DNA of 64,000 nt from Octopus vulgaris (taxonomy: Eukaryota): NCBI GenBank assembly GCA_951406725.2, contig OX597835.1, positions 9,982,001 through 10,046,000 on the forward strand, written 5' to 3'. The stretch's first letter is position 1, and each line of letters starts with the position of its first letter. The notes under the pieces were generated by a model. That model saw only the letters and a program-made list of their open reading frames with translations. It was not told the origin of the DNA and ran no database searches. Positions 1-13,390 of the stretch are shown here, piece by piece. The position numbers were made by a program, and so were the translations under genes.

Positions 1-32
<32 letters not shown>

Positions 33-155
33 GGGTGTATACATATGTATCTGTGCTTGTTTTTATGTGTGCGTGCATAAGGGTTTGTTTGCAGCGTGCG
101 AATGTAAGTGATCTTATAGTTATGTACTCAAAACTGGACTCTTCTTCACTAACGT

Positions 156-201
156 ATGTTCTGTGTGTGTGTGTGTGTGTGTGTCTATGTGTGTATGTGT
201 C

Positions 202-233
<32 letters not shown>

Positions 234-250
234 TGTGTGTGTGTGTGTAA
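156..250. repeat. (TG)n microsatellite
   Basis: Direct dinucleotide run; source of the CVCV ORFs. Confidence 0.95.
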
Positions 251-589
251 TTGGTTTATATATGTTTCTCTTGTACTTAATGGATTCGAGATTCTGTTGA
301 CGTTTCTTTCAAATGCGCCATTGGCTAGAATATTATTAACGAAACTGCAACTCATTCGCTTCACTTTTCTCTCTTTCATTCCATCTCTTTCCCTCTATCA
401 ATCTATCTATCTATCTTTCTATCTATCTTTCTCTCTCTCTCTCCCTCTCCTTTTCTTTCACTACATCTCTTTTTTTTTTTTGTATTTTTCTCTTTCCTTT
501 TCTAAGTCGCTTGGCTTTTTCCTTTTCGCTCTTTTTTTTTTCATGTTCTTTTGTCGTCTACAGACATCACACCTCATATCTACCTGCAC

Positions 590-950
590 CGACACACACG
601 TACACACACACACACACACACACGCATACACGCACACACACACACGCATACAAGCACACACACACACACACATACAAACACACACACACACGCACATAAA
701 AACACATACATGTACACACACACACACACACGTACACACACGCACGCACACACACACACACACACGCATACAAGCACACACACATACACACATACAAACA
801 CACACACACACACGCATACAAGCACACACACATACACACATACACGCACACACAAACGCACACAGACACATACAAGCACACACACATACACACATACAAC
901 ACACACACACACACACGCACATAAAAACACATACATGTACACACACACAG
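590..950. repeat. Compound (CA)n microsatellite with recurring interrupted blocks
   Basis: CA runs with repeated blocks such as 'cgcatacaagcacac', 'catacaaacac' and 'gcacataaaaacacatacatgtacac'. Confidence 0.9.
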
Positions 951-1389
951 AGTCTCATTATTTCTCATTCATTTCCTTCTTATGTTTTTCTCTCATTCGA
1001 TATCTCTTTCCTTCTCTCGCTCACTTTTCTTCTATTTTCTTCATTCCTGCTTTCTCTCTTTCCCATTGGTTGTTCACAAATTAAAATTCCCATTTGCCAA
1101 TATATTTCTCGCAGCTATTTCTAGCATTCAAGAATTGGCGTAGTTCTATGCTACTGAAGAACGATTTCAATTGAAGGTAAAGTCGCTCGGCGCAAAACAT
1201 ATTGATGGTGGGACATCACGAAGAATATGGTCCAGTTAGGAAACGAGAGGTTTCGATGCGATTTCAAACGTTGCAGATTCCATGAAGAGACGCGCTATGG
1301 AGCTGACAAACAGCCGAGAATTGGGCAGTTCGTACCTTGTCCTCGGTTCTGCAATGAATGCTGACTAAGACACTTTACTCTTTAATAAT

Positions 1390-1618
1390 TACTCTCTTTT
1401 ACTCTTCTACTTGTTTCGGTCATTTGACTGTGGCCATGCTGCAGCACCGCCTTTAGTCGAGCAAATCGACCCCAGGACCTATTCTTTGTAAGCCTAGTAC
1501 TTACTCTAGCGGTCTCTTTTGCCAAACCAATATATATACATATATATTATATATCATATATATCATATATATATAGATATACAGACAGACTAACAGACAG
1601 ACAGACAGACAGACAGAC

Positions 1619-1672
<54 letters not shown>

Positions 1673-1978
1673 TACTTATTCTATCGCCCTTTTTTGACGA
1701 ACCGCTAAGTTACGGGGACGTAAACACACCAGCATCGGTTGTCAAGCGATGGTGGGGTTCAAACAGACATACAAACATATACACACACATACATATATAT
1801 ATACATATATTATGCGACGGGCTTCTTTTAGTTTTCGTCTACCAAATCCACTCACAAGGCTTTGATCAGCCTGAGGCTATAGTAGAAGACACTTGTCCAA
1901 GGTGCCACGCAGTGGAACTGAACCCGGAACCATGTGGTTCGTAAGCAAGCTACTTACCACACAGCCACTCCTACGCCT
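1390..1978 (-). mobile_element. SINE family A (tRNA-derived, CORE-like), interrupted by TA/GACA/GATA microsatellites
   Basis: Reverse complement matches the full copy at 63218-63606 (head aggcgtaggagtggctgtgtggtaag; tail cagcatggcc..cagtcaaatgac.gaaacaagta). Confidence 0.9.
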
Positions 1979-2159
1979 GTTAAAGAATACCTTCAGTTAT
2001 CTTTAATAAATTCCCAAAGAAGAGGAGAGAGGGAGAGAGAGAGGAGAGAGAGAGGGAGAGAGAGAATGCTCCACAATAAGTAATAAATGTAGAGTAAGTT
2101 GACGAATGTATCATTGTTTGACAAGTCTGGCTCCTTCTCTATACGAAGTATGCAAAGTG

Positions 2160-2485
2160 AGAAGACGCATGGCTTAGTGATTAGGGCATTCGGCTCACGA
2201 GCGTAAGGTCGTTAGTTCAATTCTCGGCGATGCGTTGATTCCTTGAGCAAGACACTTTATTTCACGTTGCTCCAGTCCACGCAGCTGGTAAAAAATGAGT
2301 AGTACCTGTATTTCGAAGGGTCAGCCTTGTCTCACTCTGTGTCTCGCTGAATCTCCCTGAGCCCTACGTTAAGGGTACCCGTATCTGTGGAGTGCTCAGC
2401 CACATGCACGTTAATTTCACGAGCGAGCTGTTCCGTTGATCGTATCAGCTGAGACCTTCGTCGCCTTAACCTTCGGAATGCACCA
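2160..2485 (+). mobile_element. SINE with alternative tRNA-like head, CORE-like segment and family B tail
   Basis: A-box-like tggcttagtg, B-box-like gttcaattc, then ccttgagcaagacact; from gtacctgtatttc onward it matches the 3' half of 29477-29867. Confidence 0.8.
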
Positions 2486-3079
2486 GAGTTACAAAGTGCA
2501 AGAAAAGTAGATCTTCATATTGGGTGAGTAGGGGTGGGGGCCATGCAGTATTTATGTAAAACGTGAGTATATATACCAAGAGCGAGCAGTGAGTTACCTC
2601 TTTCTCTATGTACATACATCATTTACTATTTGCACGTTTTTCAACATACTATCTGCCTGTTTGCTTGATTCTTGTTGCTATTGCCTGTAGGACAACCAGC
2701 ATGGCAGGATCTACGTAAACTTACATTTCTGTAAACTCTTCAATTCTGGTGATGGGCCTTCGGGCCTAGAATATATGAAAGTTTCTTAACTTTCACTTTC
2801 ATCATTATTAGAAGCTTTTTTTTATTTTCATTATTTGTTATTTTACTCTTGCTTCTGTTTCGCAGTGCTTCAAGCAAACTACGTTGCTCGTTTTTCATAT
2901 ACATGTGTGTGTGTATGCGTGCATGTGTCTGTGTGTGTGCGTGTGTTTGTCAGTGTCTGTGTATAGAGAGATAGAGATAGAGAGAGAGAGTGTGTGACAT
3001 GCATACATGTGTGTATTCGTGAGCGTGGTGTGTGAGTGTGTTTGTGTTTGTATGAGTGTGTATACGAGTGTGTGGAGCT

Positions 3080-4075
3080 TCCATTCTTATTTCTCTAAAT
3101 AACATTAAATTCTTCACCAAAGTGCCAAGTGTTTGGTTCTTTTTTATCTTCTTAATTTTTTTCGAATAATTCCATGTCATCCATAAACAATAAATGATTG
3201 ATGATTTCTTTACCATTCCTTAATCAATATCTCGCTTTATCCTGTCTTCAAATATGAGTCATATGGATTAGACTGATTACAATTTCTTTTCGCCAACTCC
3301 AACCATTATTTGTTTTCCTGGCAGTAGATTTTTGGTCTTTATTTTGTCTTTCGTCATGAGAACTGTTGCTCCTTTAGTTAACCAGGCAATGACAGAATTA
3401 GATTCAAGGCTTTTGTCCAACATTACTGCCATTTTTTTCTTATCATAGCTTCTACTCCGTCTGGATCTGACGATTTCCAATCGGAGAAATTTTCCTGTTG
3501 GTGTTTGGAAAATATTTATTGCGTTCCGGTTGTTTTATTTAACAACTTTTTTATTTACATCTCTTTCCACTTCCAAAACTCAATTTACTTCTTGGTTCTG
3601 CCTCTTAACGTTCTCTCACATAGCTTGCTCACACAGCATTCTTCTGTTTTTTGTGGGGCTCTTTTGTTTTGTTTTGTTTCACTTTCTAGCGGCCAGAATA
3701 TCGCCGAGTTGACGACCTATTCCTTTCAGTTCGACAAATTACTCTGAGTGGGATGGCCAATTTGAAAGAGTTCTAACGGAATTGTCCTCTTCTACTCCTT
3801 ACTTTTTGGTTGTAACACCTTTGGCAGCAACCATTCCTCTCAGTTCTGTTACTTCCCCCAACACTACTTTCTTTCATCGTTTACATCGTTATTTAATGTA
3901 TTTAAAGGGTCCCACTTTTAAATGAATTATTGCATAATGACTCCAGTTCACCAATCAATTTCGTAGCCATTATGATACGATGTCTTCCATAAAGACTCAG
4001 TTTCCTCCATGTTTGACCTCTCCTTTACCCTCTGACGTACCTTATACTTCTTGCTCGGTGAAATTCATTAGAAAT

Positions 4076-4108
<33 letters not shown>

Positions 4109-4520
4109 GTTTAACGTCCGTTTTCCGCGCTAGCACGGGTTGGACGGTTCGACCGGGGTCTGGGAAGCCAGGGGCTGCACTAGGCTCCAGTCTGATCTTG
4201 CAGAGTTTCTACGGCTGGATGCCCTTCCTAACGCCAACCACTCCGCGAGTGTAGTGGGTGCTTTTTACGTGCCACCTGCACAGGTGCCAGGGGAAATTTC
4301 TTCTTTTGATATCGCCAACAATCCTATGAATTTCTAAAACATTTCCTTTCAGTCTTTCTGTCTCTGGTAATAAATCTGGGGTTCACAGGTTAGTCCAGTT
4401 CGACCAGGCTAACTCGTCTACCTTCATATTCAGAATACATACTTCGGCATTTTCTAATCCATTTACTCCCAGTCCTTCCTCAATCAATTTGATTTTCTGT
4501 TGTGATCTAGAGAACTGTCA
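3080..4520 (-). mobile_element. Degenerate Dong/R4-like LINE RT fragment
   Basis: Minus-strand peptides resemble 'INHLLFMDDLKLF' (3130-3215, frameshifted) and 'WLTKGATVLMTKDK' (3330-3400), typical of R4-clade RT; many stops. Confidence 0.55.
4079..4292 (-). mobile_element. SINE family D, 5'-truncated, (GAT)n tail
   Basis: Minus strand reads gttggcgttaggaagggcatccagccgtag...ggacgttaaacgatgatgatg; flanked by the direct repeat gaaatttc (TSD). Confidence 0.75.
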
Positions 4521-4610
4521 TATGTATATGAATGTGTATGTGTATAATAATCCAAAGGTATGTTTATCTATCTATACGTCTATGAACCTACCTATGCATC
4601 TATATATATA

Positions 4611-4900
4611 TACACTACCGTCAGAAATTAATTAGCACCCTTGATTTGCTCTTCACTCAAGGTATGTGCTGTCACCTAGTGGCCATATCTCGAACTATTG
4701 CTTTGTTGCGAGTTCACTGTTGCGCAGAACGATGACGTAACTTTGTTTGCAGAGCAGTTTGAGAGTCTACAGCCTTATGATGTTGACATAGCAGTGCAAC
4801 AACTTGGAGTGCGGATGCAGACAAATCTTCCTTTGTTTAATAGATATAGGTAGCGCCTCGCAAGGACCGAAATCACACCATACTAAGTTTTCTCATCGCG
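4611..4900 (+). mobile_element. Possible Tc1-like left-end remnant
   Basis: TA followed by cactaccgtcagaaa, similar to Tc1 TIR starts; no partner TIR found. Confidence 0.3.
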
Positions 4901-5029
4901 TAAGACGTTTTGAACAGCTCATAAGGTTAATTGATTTAACCTATTTAATGTAGAAATTTGAGAAGTGCTAATTAATTTCTGACGCATGTGTATATATATA
5001 TATATGCGTGTGCGTGTGTGTGCATTTGT

Positions 5030-5280
5030 GAGTTTTGTCTTTGTGTTTGCCCCCTCCCCCCACACACACACACGCACACACACCATAGCTTGACAATTGA
5101 TGTTGTTGTGTTTACGTTCCCGTAAAATAGCGGTTCGGCAAAAAGAAACCAATAGCATAAGCACTAGGCTTACAAAGAGTAAGTCCTGGGGAATCGATTT
5201 GTTCGACTAAAGCCGGTGATCCAGCATGGCCGCTGTCAAATGACTGAAACAAGTAAAAGAATAAAAGTATAAAAGAATAT
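5030..5280 (+). mobile_element. SINE family A 3' half
   Basis: Matches the 3' half of 63218-63606. Confidence 0.85.
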
Positions 5281-5294
5281 ATATATGTATGTTT

Positions 5295-5339
<45 letters not shown>

Positions 5340-5408
5340 ATATATACATATATATATACATATATATATACACATATACATATATATATACATATATATA
5401 TATATGTG

Positions 5409-5442
<34 letters not shown>

Positions 5443-5470
5443 CACATATATATATACACATATACATATG

Positions 5471-5508
<38 letters not shown>

Positions 5509-5539
5509 TATTCCAGAGTATTTAAAAACGTATGTTTGG

Positions 5540-5576
<37 letters not shown>

Positions 5577-5699
5577 GATATGTATGTATATGTGTGTGCG
5601 TGACTGTGTGTGTGTGTACATGTACCTACATATCTCAATAGATTTTTGTAAATACATATATACATACATAAGTACCTATCTGTTTTTGTGATGCACAAC

Positions 5700-5747
<48 letters not shown>

Positions 5748-6335
5748 TAGACACGAGGAGCGAAAAAAAATTGAGTATGACAAAAACAACTATCTAAAGT
5801 TTCAAAACTTTAATCTCAACATAAAAAAAAAATGTATTTTATCTTCAAACCTTCCTTTTTTCCCAACTCTTTTATTTATTGTTGTTTTTTTTTTCTTGTT
5901 ATTGCAAAATATGGAACGCAATACAACCACTACCAAACTAATGCATTTCTCGGTTTTCAATGATGTTTTCTATTTGTTCAAATACTATCGGACTGTCTGT
6001 TACAATTTGTAAAGCTGAGTGATGTCCATACATAAACCAGAGTACTTTGTATACGTAGACAACTCTGCGCCTGGGAGTGGAGCTACAGCTCACCACCTCT
6101 CCTTCTTCTTCTTCTTCGGCTGTTTTACCGTTTTATTATCGTTCTGAATATTTTTGCATAAATATCTCTGTACGCATGTCTGGGTATGGCTGAATATAGA
6201 CACGCGCACACACACATGCAAAACACACCCACACATTACAAACACACCCACACTCAAATATATATAAATAAATAAATATATATATATATGTATATATTTA
6301 TATATGTATGTATATTGGTAAATATATCAATATAT

Positions 6336-6380
<45 letters not shown>

Positions 6381-6390
6381 CATACACGTT

Positions 6391-6423
<33 letters not shown>

Positions 6424-6542
6424 AATACCGTTTTGCCCCTCTGTAAGACACCGAGGTAGGAAGAATAATCGAATACAGGTCATATGTAAATAAACATGTA
6501 TTTACTTTTTTACGGTTTTATATATATATATTTGTTATTCGG

Positions 6543-6594
<52 letters not shown>

Positions 6595-6670
6595 CCGAAT
6601 AACAAGTTGTTTACGTGTTTCCCTGCTTGGAAGGAAATTATTAAAAGCTGTTACCTTATATCTGTATGTG

Positions 6671-6708
<38 letters not shown>

Positions 6709-7019
6709 AACACATGTATATAGATATATATATAGATATGTGTGTGTCCAGGGAATAATTCCAAAACGTTGTTGTTGTTGTTGTTGTAGTGTATTTAAAA
6801 CGGTGTTAAAAGATTCGAGAAAGACTGGTTCCTGAAAGTATCGATGCAAATATTTAAACTTCTGTAGAGGTGGTGGGGTAAACGATCAATATTGGCTGCT
6901 GCTTCAAGGATGATCGCTACCCAGGGTCAACAAACTGGGAAAATACTACGTGTAAAAAAAAGGTCTGCTATGAGATTCTTTTGCATAGAAAGTACTCAAC
7001 GTATTGTAAACATTTCTAA

Positions 7020-7360
<341 letters not shown>

Positions 7361-7364
7361 CCAT

Positions 7365-7558
7365 ACATTTATATATTCTTTTATACTTTTATTCTTTTAC
7401 TTGTTTCAGTCATTTGACAGCGGCCATGCTGGATCACCGGCTTTAGTCGAACAAATCGATTCCCCAGGACTTATTCTTTGTAAGCCTAGTGCTTATGCTA
7501 TTGGTTTCTTTTTGCCGAACCGCTATTTTACGGGGACGTAAACACAACAACATCAATT
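7365..7558 (-). mobile_element. SINE family A 3' part (inverted near-copy of 5095-5290)
   Basis: Shares private variants with 5095-5290 (gccggtgatccagcatggccgctgtc; accaatagcataagcactagg). Confidence 0.85.
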
Positions 7559-7568
7559 AATAATAATG

Positions 7569-7610
<42 letters not shown>

Positions 7611-8169
7611 TATATATATATATACATATGCCTGCACCTATATGTAGATATATAGGTATATCGGCAACATAAGTATGTACCCAAACTCACACAAACACAT
7701 ACACACTTATATGCATATAAATATACATATGTATATGAATTTTTGTCTGTGCGTATATGAGTAATATTTAGAAACCCTATCACCTGTATATAAGAATATA
7801 ATTAGGAGCTAATAGCAAAGACTGAATGTTGTATGTTCTGTGTATAAAAAACGTGGGATAGCATTTGCTGTGAACGTGTGTTCCAGAGGAACATCTTACG
7901 AGATGTGTGCTTTTATCAGAGCGTCGATTATTCAGACACACATGTTTCGACACGATTTCATCTCCTCAGCATCGAATAACTCGGACGTCCTGAGATAAGT
8001 TGAAAATTGCGTTAAGGGCAGTCTTTTGATTTGGTCCATTTATATTATCAGTATTTATTTTTTATTAACCAAAGGATGGTAAAAGCAAAGTCCATCGCAG
8101 CGTGTCTAAACCCGGATCATAAACAGACGTAATTAACGCAACAGTTGGAGCAAGTTGGCAGAGTTGATA

Positions 8170-8460
8170 AGGTGCAGGGCGCAATGTTTTGGAGAATTTA
8201 TTCCAATGCACGATGGTCTGAATGTAGAATCGAGGGCAGTCAACCTTAACTTTCTTTCTTTTGGAGTAAATAGGCAAATTGCCAGTCCATGGAAATGAAC
8301 TGACGGAATTGCTATGAAATCAGATGAGATACGCGATTCAGTCAGGAATGCTATCCCTCAGATGGAATCAGCAATTGATGCGTGGGACCAGAACGCAGCG
8401 AGATATATTAACTGGTGCCGTAACCCGTCTGCCATCTCTGCCCTTCATACGATGTTTGTT
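8170..8460 (-). mobile_element. Possible degenerate LINE ORF2 C-terminus
   Basis: Peptide 'CPRFYIQTIVHWNKF' resembles the LINE terminal 'FFPRTIRxWNxLP' motif; many stops. Confidence 0.3.
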
Positions 8461-8943
8461 ATGTTAGGGTACATAAATTACTGTCTAAGCTGCAATGTTA
8501 GGGTACTTTGATTATTGTCTAAGCTGCAATCTAAATTGGCCGTGAGTGTTCGCATGCGTATGAATGAATATATCTGTGAATATGTATACGTGTGTGCATA
8601 TGTATGTGTGTAAATGTGCACGATGTATGTATCTGTGTGTGAGCCTACGAGGACAGCTGCGCAACCCAAGACGTAAAAGGAATCCTCCTGCTACTGTCTT
8701 GTCTCCGTGAATAGATCGGTGGATAGATTGGTTGAGCGGCTAATTATTTTATTGATTCGATATTTGCTTGGTTTACTGACAAATTGACAGCAATTAGTAG
8801 ATGACTAATTAAATGATTGCTTAGTTTCAATATCAATTGATTGCATTATTAGTTTATCTGCTTCACTTGGTGTGTTTCTCTTTACTCTCTAATGTTATTA
8901 CAGGCGTAGTTTTAAATATACAATATTAATTACTCAGTCGATT

Positions 8944-9028
<85 letters not shown>

Positions 9029-9209
9029 GTGTGTACTCGTCACGCAGTTCGCATGATACATGTTTCGATAACAAAGTCTTCTTAAGACGTAACTATGACA
9101 AGACAGATAACCTGAATCCATTCCCCTCCCTGTTGTATTTTTACTTGAGTTTGAACTCAGAACACTGTTATCACCTTCTAATGTGATGAGCCACGACTGT
9201 CCATTGAAT

Positions 9210-9375
9210 CAAACGGATTAAGTCGATTATATCGATCCCAGTGCGTAACTGGTACTTATTTAATCGACCCTGTAAAGTCGACCTCGGTGGAATTTGAACT
9301 CGAAACGTAAAGACGGGCGAAATACCGCTGAGCATTTCGCCCGGCGTGCTAACGTTTCTGCCAGCTCGCCGCCTT
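9210..9375 (-). mobile_element. SINE family C (tRNA-like head, Meta-domain-like core), partial
   Basis: Reverse complement of aaggcggcgagctggcagaaacgttagcacgccgggcgaaatg... Confidence 0.9.
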
Positions 9376-9376
9376 A

Positions 9377-9775
9377 TCTTTATATATAAAAGTGAGGTTG
9401 TGTGCTGTCTGTCTCCTACGATTTAGATTCCTAACTACTCCCATATTTTGCGGTACAGTTTAACCAAAACCGGGTATCTTATAGTCGTGATTCATATCGA
9501 GCCCTTCTGGGTATTAGCGCGCGTCTACGATGAGTCTACGATTTTTAAAATAATTTACCATCAATTTTTCCCATTTTAATGCATTTTTGGCATATATAAG
9601 GGAAGTAACTCTCTAAAAATTTATTATTAAATCTCAGAACGTAAAAAGCTACAGTAACACCGCCCCCCCCTTTGTGGTTAGCCATATTGAGATGGCTATT
9701 ATACTTTACATCTCTAAAAATGCTTATATAGTTATTTCCCTTACAAACCCGAGCAACGCCGGGCCATACTGCTAG
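9377..9775 (+). mobile_element. Non-autonomous Helitron, copy 1 (~400 bp)
   Basis: A|TC 5' end, subterminal hairpin cccgagcaacgccggg, CTAG|T 3' end, no TSD; near-identical copy at 48197-48595. Confidence 0.85.
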
Positions 9776-9992
9776 TCAATAATAATTATAATAACAAGCA
9801 ATAAGAAGAGCGCGAATGCAATTTGTAATAGAAATTGACTGTGTTGGATTGAGCAGTACATGCGCATAAAGAAACAAAAGCGAACGCAGCGTAAATAACG
9901 GACAGAGTCAACACTATTGAAAAGGTTGCAAGACGCAACGAAAATTTTAGGAAAATAAAAATAAGAAAAAAGTGGAAATTTTACCGGTGAGT

Positions 9993-10382
9993 AAAGAGGA
10001 AGCACTCCGTCGGTTACGACGACGAGGGTTCCGGTTGATCCGAATCAACTGAACATCCTGCTCGTGAAATTAACGTGTAAGTGGTTGAGCACTCCACGGA
10101 CACGTGTACCCTTAACGTAGTTCTCGGGGATATTCAGCGTGACACAGAGAGTGACAAAGCCGGCCCTTTGAAATACATGTACAACAAAAACAGGAAGTAA
10201 GAGTGAGAGAAAGTTGTGGTGAAAGAGTACAGCAGGGATCACCACCATCCCCTGCCGGAGCCTCATGGAGCTTTTAGGTGTTTTCGCTCAATAAACACTC
10301 ACAACGCCCGGTCTGGAAATCGAAACCGCGATCCTACGACCGCGAGTCCGCTGCCCTAACCACTGGGCCATTGCGCCTCCAC
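9993..10382 (-). mobile_element. SINE family B, full length (tRNA-derived)
   Basis: Head ggaggcgcaatggcccagtggttagggcagcggactcgcggtcg; 10 bp TSD accggtgagt at 9983-9992 and 10383-10392. Confidence 0.92.
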
Positions 10383-10841
10383 ACCGGTGAGTGTGTTAAA
10401 TAATAAGGCACAAAAAGGAAATGACTCTCCCCAGACACAACAGAATATGCAGAAATACAGAAGTACAAAATATGAACGCAGGAATATCCTGCGTTCTTTT
10501 TTAGACAAAACGACGTCATCAGATTTTGTTGTTGTTTTTTATATAACTGGTAACAAAGAAAATAAAAAAAAAGGAGAAAGGATGAAAAAAGGAAAGAGGT
10601 AAGAGAACACTTGGTCAAAAGGATTTGTGTAAATGTAATGGAATTCTCCACACATTTTGTTCATTTCCCCAGGAATTTGTTCTTTTCTCCAGGATGTGGC
10701 GTTAGTAATTTTTATCCTCGTGTGTTCTGACGACTTAAAGTGCAGTAGAATAAGAATATTTTCACAGAATATGCAGTTTCTGGTGTTCTTCAAAATTACA
10801 GCCGTTTGATGTAAAATGTTCGGCAAGCTCCATCGAACTTC

Positions 10842-11248
10842 TATTTCTTTACTACCCACAAGGGGCTAAACACAGAGGGGACAGACACACGGATTGAGTC
10901 GATTATATCGACCCCAGTGCGTAACTGGTACTTATTTAATCGACCCCGAAAGGATGAAAGGCCAAGTCGACCTCGGCGGAATTTGATCTCAGAACGTAGC
11001 AGCAGACGAAATACCTATTTCTTTACTACCCACAAGGGGCTAAACACAGAGGGGACAAACAAGGACAGACAAACGGATTAAGTCGATCATATCGACCCCA
11101 GTGCGTATCTGGTACTTAATTTATCGACCTCGAAAGGATGAAAGGCAAAGTCGACCTCGGCGGAATTTGAACTCAGAACGTAACGGCAGATGAAATACGG
11201 CTACGCATTTCGCCCAGCGTGCTAACGTTTCTGCCAGCTCGACGCCTT
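10842..11248 (-). mobile_element. SINE family C dimer: one head plus a second headless unit
   Basis: Internal junction gacgaaatacc|tatttctttac at ~11006-11026; TSD tcgaacttc(t) flanks the whole dimer (10833 and 11249). Confidence 0.9.
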
Positions 11249-12620
11249 TCGAACTTCTGCTATTGTGTTTGACGTCATTGATTCTTTTATTGAATTGTTC
11301 TTTTAGGCAACCAGCATAAGTCAAATTGTGTTTGGTGCATTTCACTTAGCACACAAAATGGGAATCTTTACAGGTCCCACCTTCTGTATAAATCATGACG
11401 TTTCTGTTATGATTTGTGATGGAACTGACTTGACTTATGTGGTGGCATTAAAGTGGACGATTAACTGACTGTTCTATCCAAGGACAGGAGTGGCTTCTCC
11501 ATCATCGTTCTACAAGTTTCCGTTTCAGAAATTTTATTCACAATATTTTTATCGGCCTGAGATTTTTGCAAAAAGGCACTAATCCAAGGTGCCGCACAAA
11601 GTGACCGAACTCCAAACCACTGAGTCATAAAACCAGTGTCTTAACCACACGGCTGTGCTTTACTTATAAAGCGAAAGTTTCATTGATTGGAATGTATTAG
11701 TGAATCCCCTGAAGCGTTTAATCAATAAGAATAAGCAATGTTAATTATATCTGACGCTAAACAGTGTAGGAAGTAATACAGTTGGTGTGTGGAAGAGTAA
11801 TTAGTTTGCCGTGAAAATTGTTTATCGTTGAAAACAAGTTAATGACTTCACAAAATCAGCAGTTTAGATTTTTTAATCACGTGATCTCATTAACTTAGCT
11901 GTTAACAAAAGACAAAAGAATGTTTAGATCATGAAGTTTCCAAATTGGCTGGTAGTGAAACCTTGGGTATCGGGGAACTATATTTGGGGTCGATAACTAC
12001 CTCGGAACAAAAAGGCGAGTGTCGAAAGCTGAGCCTTTGTATAAAAGATTCTTTAAAGAAAAATACATTTAAAAACTTTCAATAAAATACAATTTACCGA
12101 TACACATTTCTGATTTATGCTTAATTAATTTTATCATCTATTTTCTGTTGTTATAAGACAATAATGTAATTAGAGTAATTTTATTGGTTGGAATCACAAG
12201 ACGGTAAAATGTGTGAAAACCTACTTCTATATGGATTTAGCTTTTCTTCACTCTTTCGCTGGAATTCAATGAATGAATTAAATATTTTATTTCTCATTAC
12301 CATTGTAACAGTTAATTATTTTAATTTAGATATTTAAAAGTGTGGAGAGAAAATCTAGATTTTGATAGAAAAATGCTGAGTAATCCGACTGCGTTATTTT
12401 CTGAGCTATGCCGCTATGTTAGGACCCCATATTGATCTTGAACCCCTATAAAATCAATCGGAGAAAAGTCAGTGAACGGATTAACTGTTTGTTTACTGTG
12501 GGAAGTCAACAAATATTCATCTGATACATTCTTTTTTTTTTCTTTTTACTTGTTTCAGTCATTTGACTGCGGCCATGCTGGAGCACCGCCTCTAGTCGAG
12601 CAAATTGAGAACTAATTTAA

Positions 12621-12928
12621 CCCATTACCCAACAATTATTTTGAAAATAAATGTATTTTTTCAGACATATTTTTTAATTGTTTTATTTTACTATGTTTTG
12701 AATGGTGATTTCGAGGTATATTTCAAACCTTATTTATTATGAATTTTAATTCAATAATATTGATTTTAAATTACGGCATTGGGCAGAAACGAGTTAACCC
12801 GTTTTTAGACGAAGGAACTCGTTTGCTGTCGATTTTGGCGAGTCTATCTTTTGACGAGTTAACTCGCCAGAGGTGGAAAAAAACGATTTCGGTCAAAACG
12901 CATATATTCGTTTCTGCCGGGTAAGGGG
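12621..12928. mobile_element. piggyBac-like MITE
   Basis: TTAA|cccattaccc ... gggtaagggg|TTAA: CCC/GGG termini with TTAA flanks. Confidence 0.7.
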
Positions 12929-12932
12929 TTAA

Positions 12933-13084
12933 AGAGTCAAGAGTCTATTTTTGTATTTTTATACGTGGGGAATTTGATATACTTGCCAATTAAACATGCA
13001 ATTTATGCATGGTTTTCTCTTCAGCTTTATTACCAACCATGTGGTCGGTAAGCAAGCTACTTATTACACAGCCACTCCTGCCCC

Positions 13085-13120
<36 letters not shown>

Positions 13121-13390
13121 TATGTATGTATGTATGTATGTATGTATTATATATATATATATAATACATACATACATTCAGATAAAGAGTCGCTGAAGTG
13201 GTCACACGATGTGTGTCGAAAGAGCTTTGATTTAATAAACTAAAATAATAGCTTTAATAATAAAACTAAATACCTTTAAATAATAAAGCTAAAGTGAAAA
13301 CCGGGTATATATTGCGTGTTTAATTGACAAGCATATCAAAACAAAAAAAAATCCTCAAGTATAACAATACAAAAATGGACTCTTGACTCT
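12933..13390. mobile_element. Kolobok-like MITE with ~100 bp TIRs
   Basis: TTAA|agagtcaagagtc ... gactcttgactct|TTAA; 12933-13030 is the diverged reverse complement of 13282-13390; AG..CT termini. Confidence 0.7.

Noticed and set aside
156-1124. 322 aa ORF and overlapping ORFs
   Set aside because: Translations of TG, CA and CT microsatellites; no domain content. The same holds for the YIYI, CVCV, poly-I, poly-E and poly-L ORFs throughout.
2746-2772. Hammerhead-like ctggtgatgggccttcgggcctagaa (also ~7940-7972 minus and ~41456-41490 minus)
   Set aside because: Core nucleotides or stems are broken; probably decayed PLE motifs, too degenerate to call.
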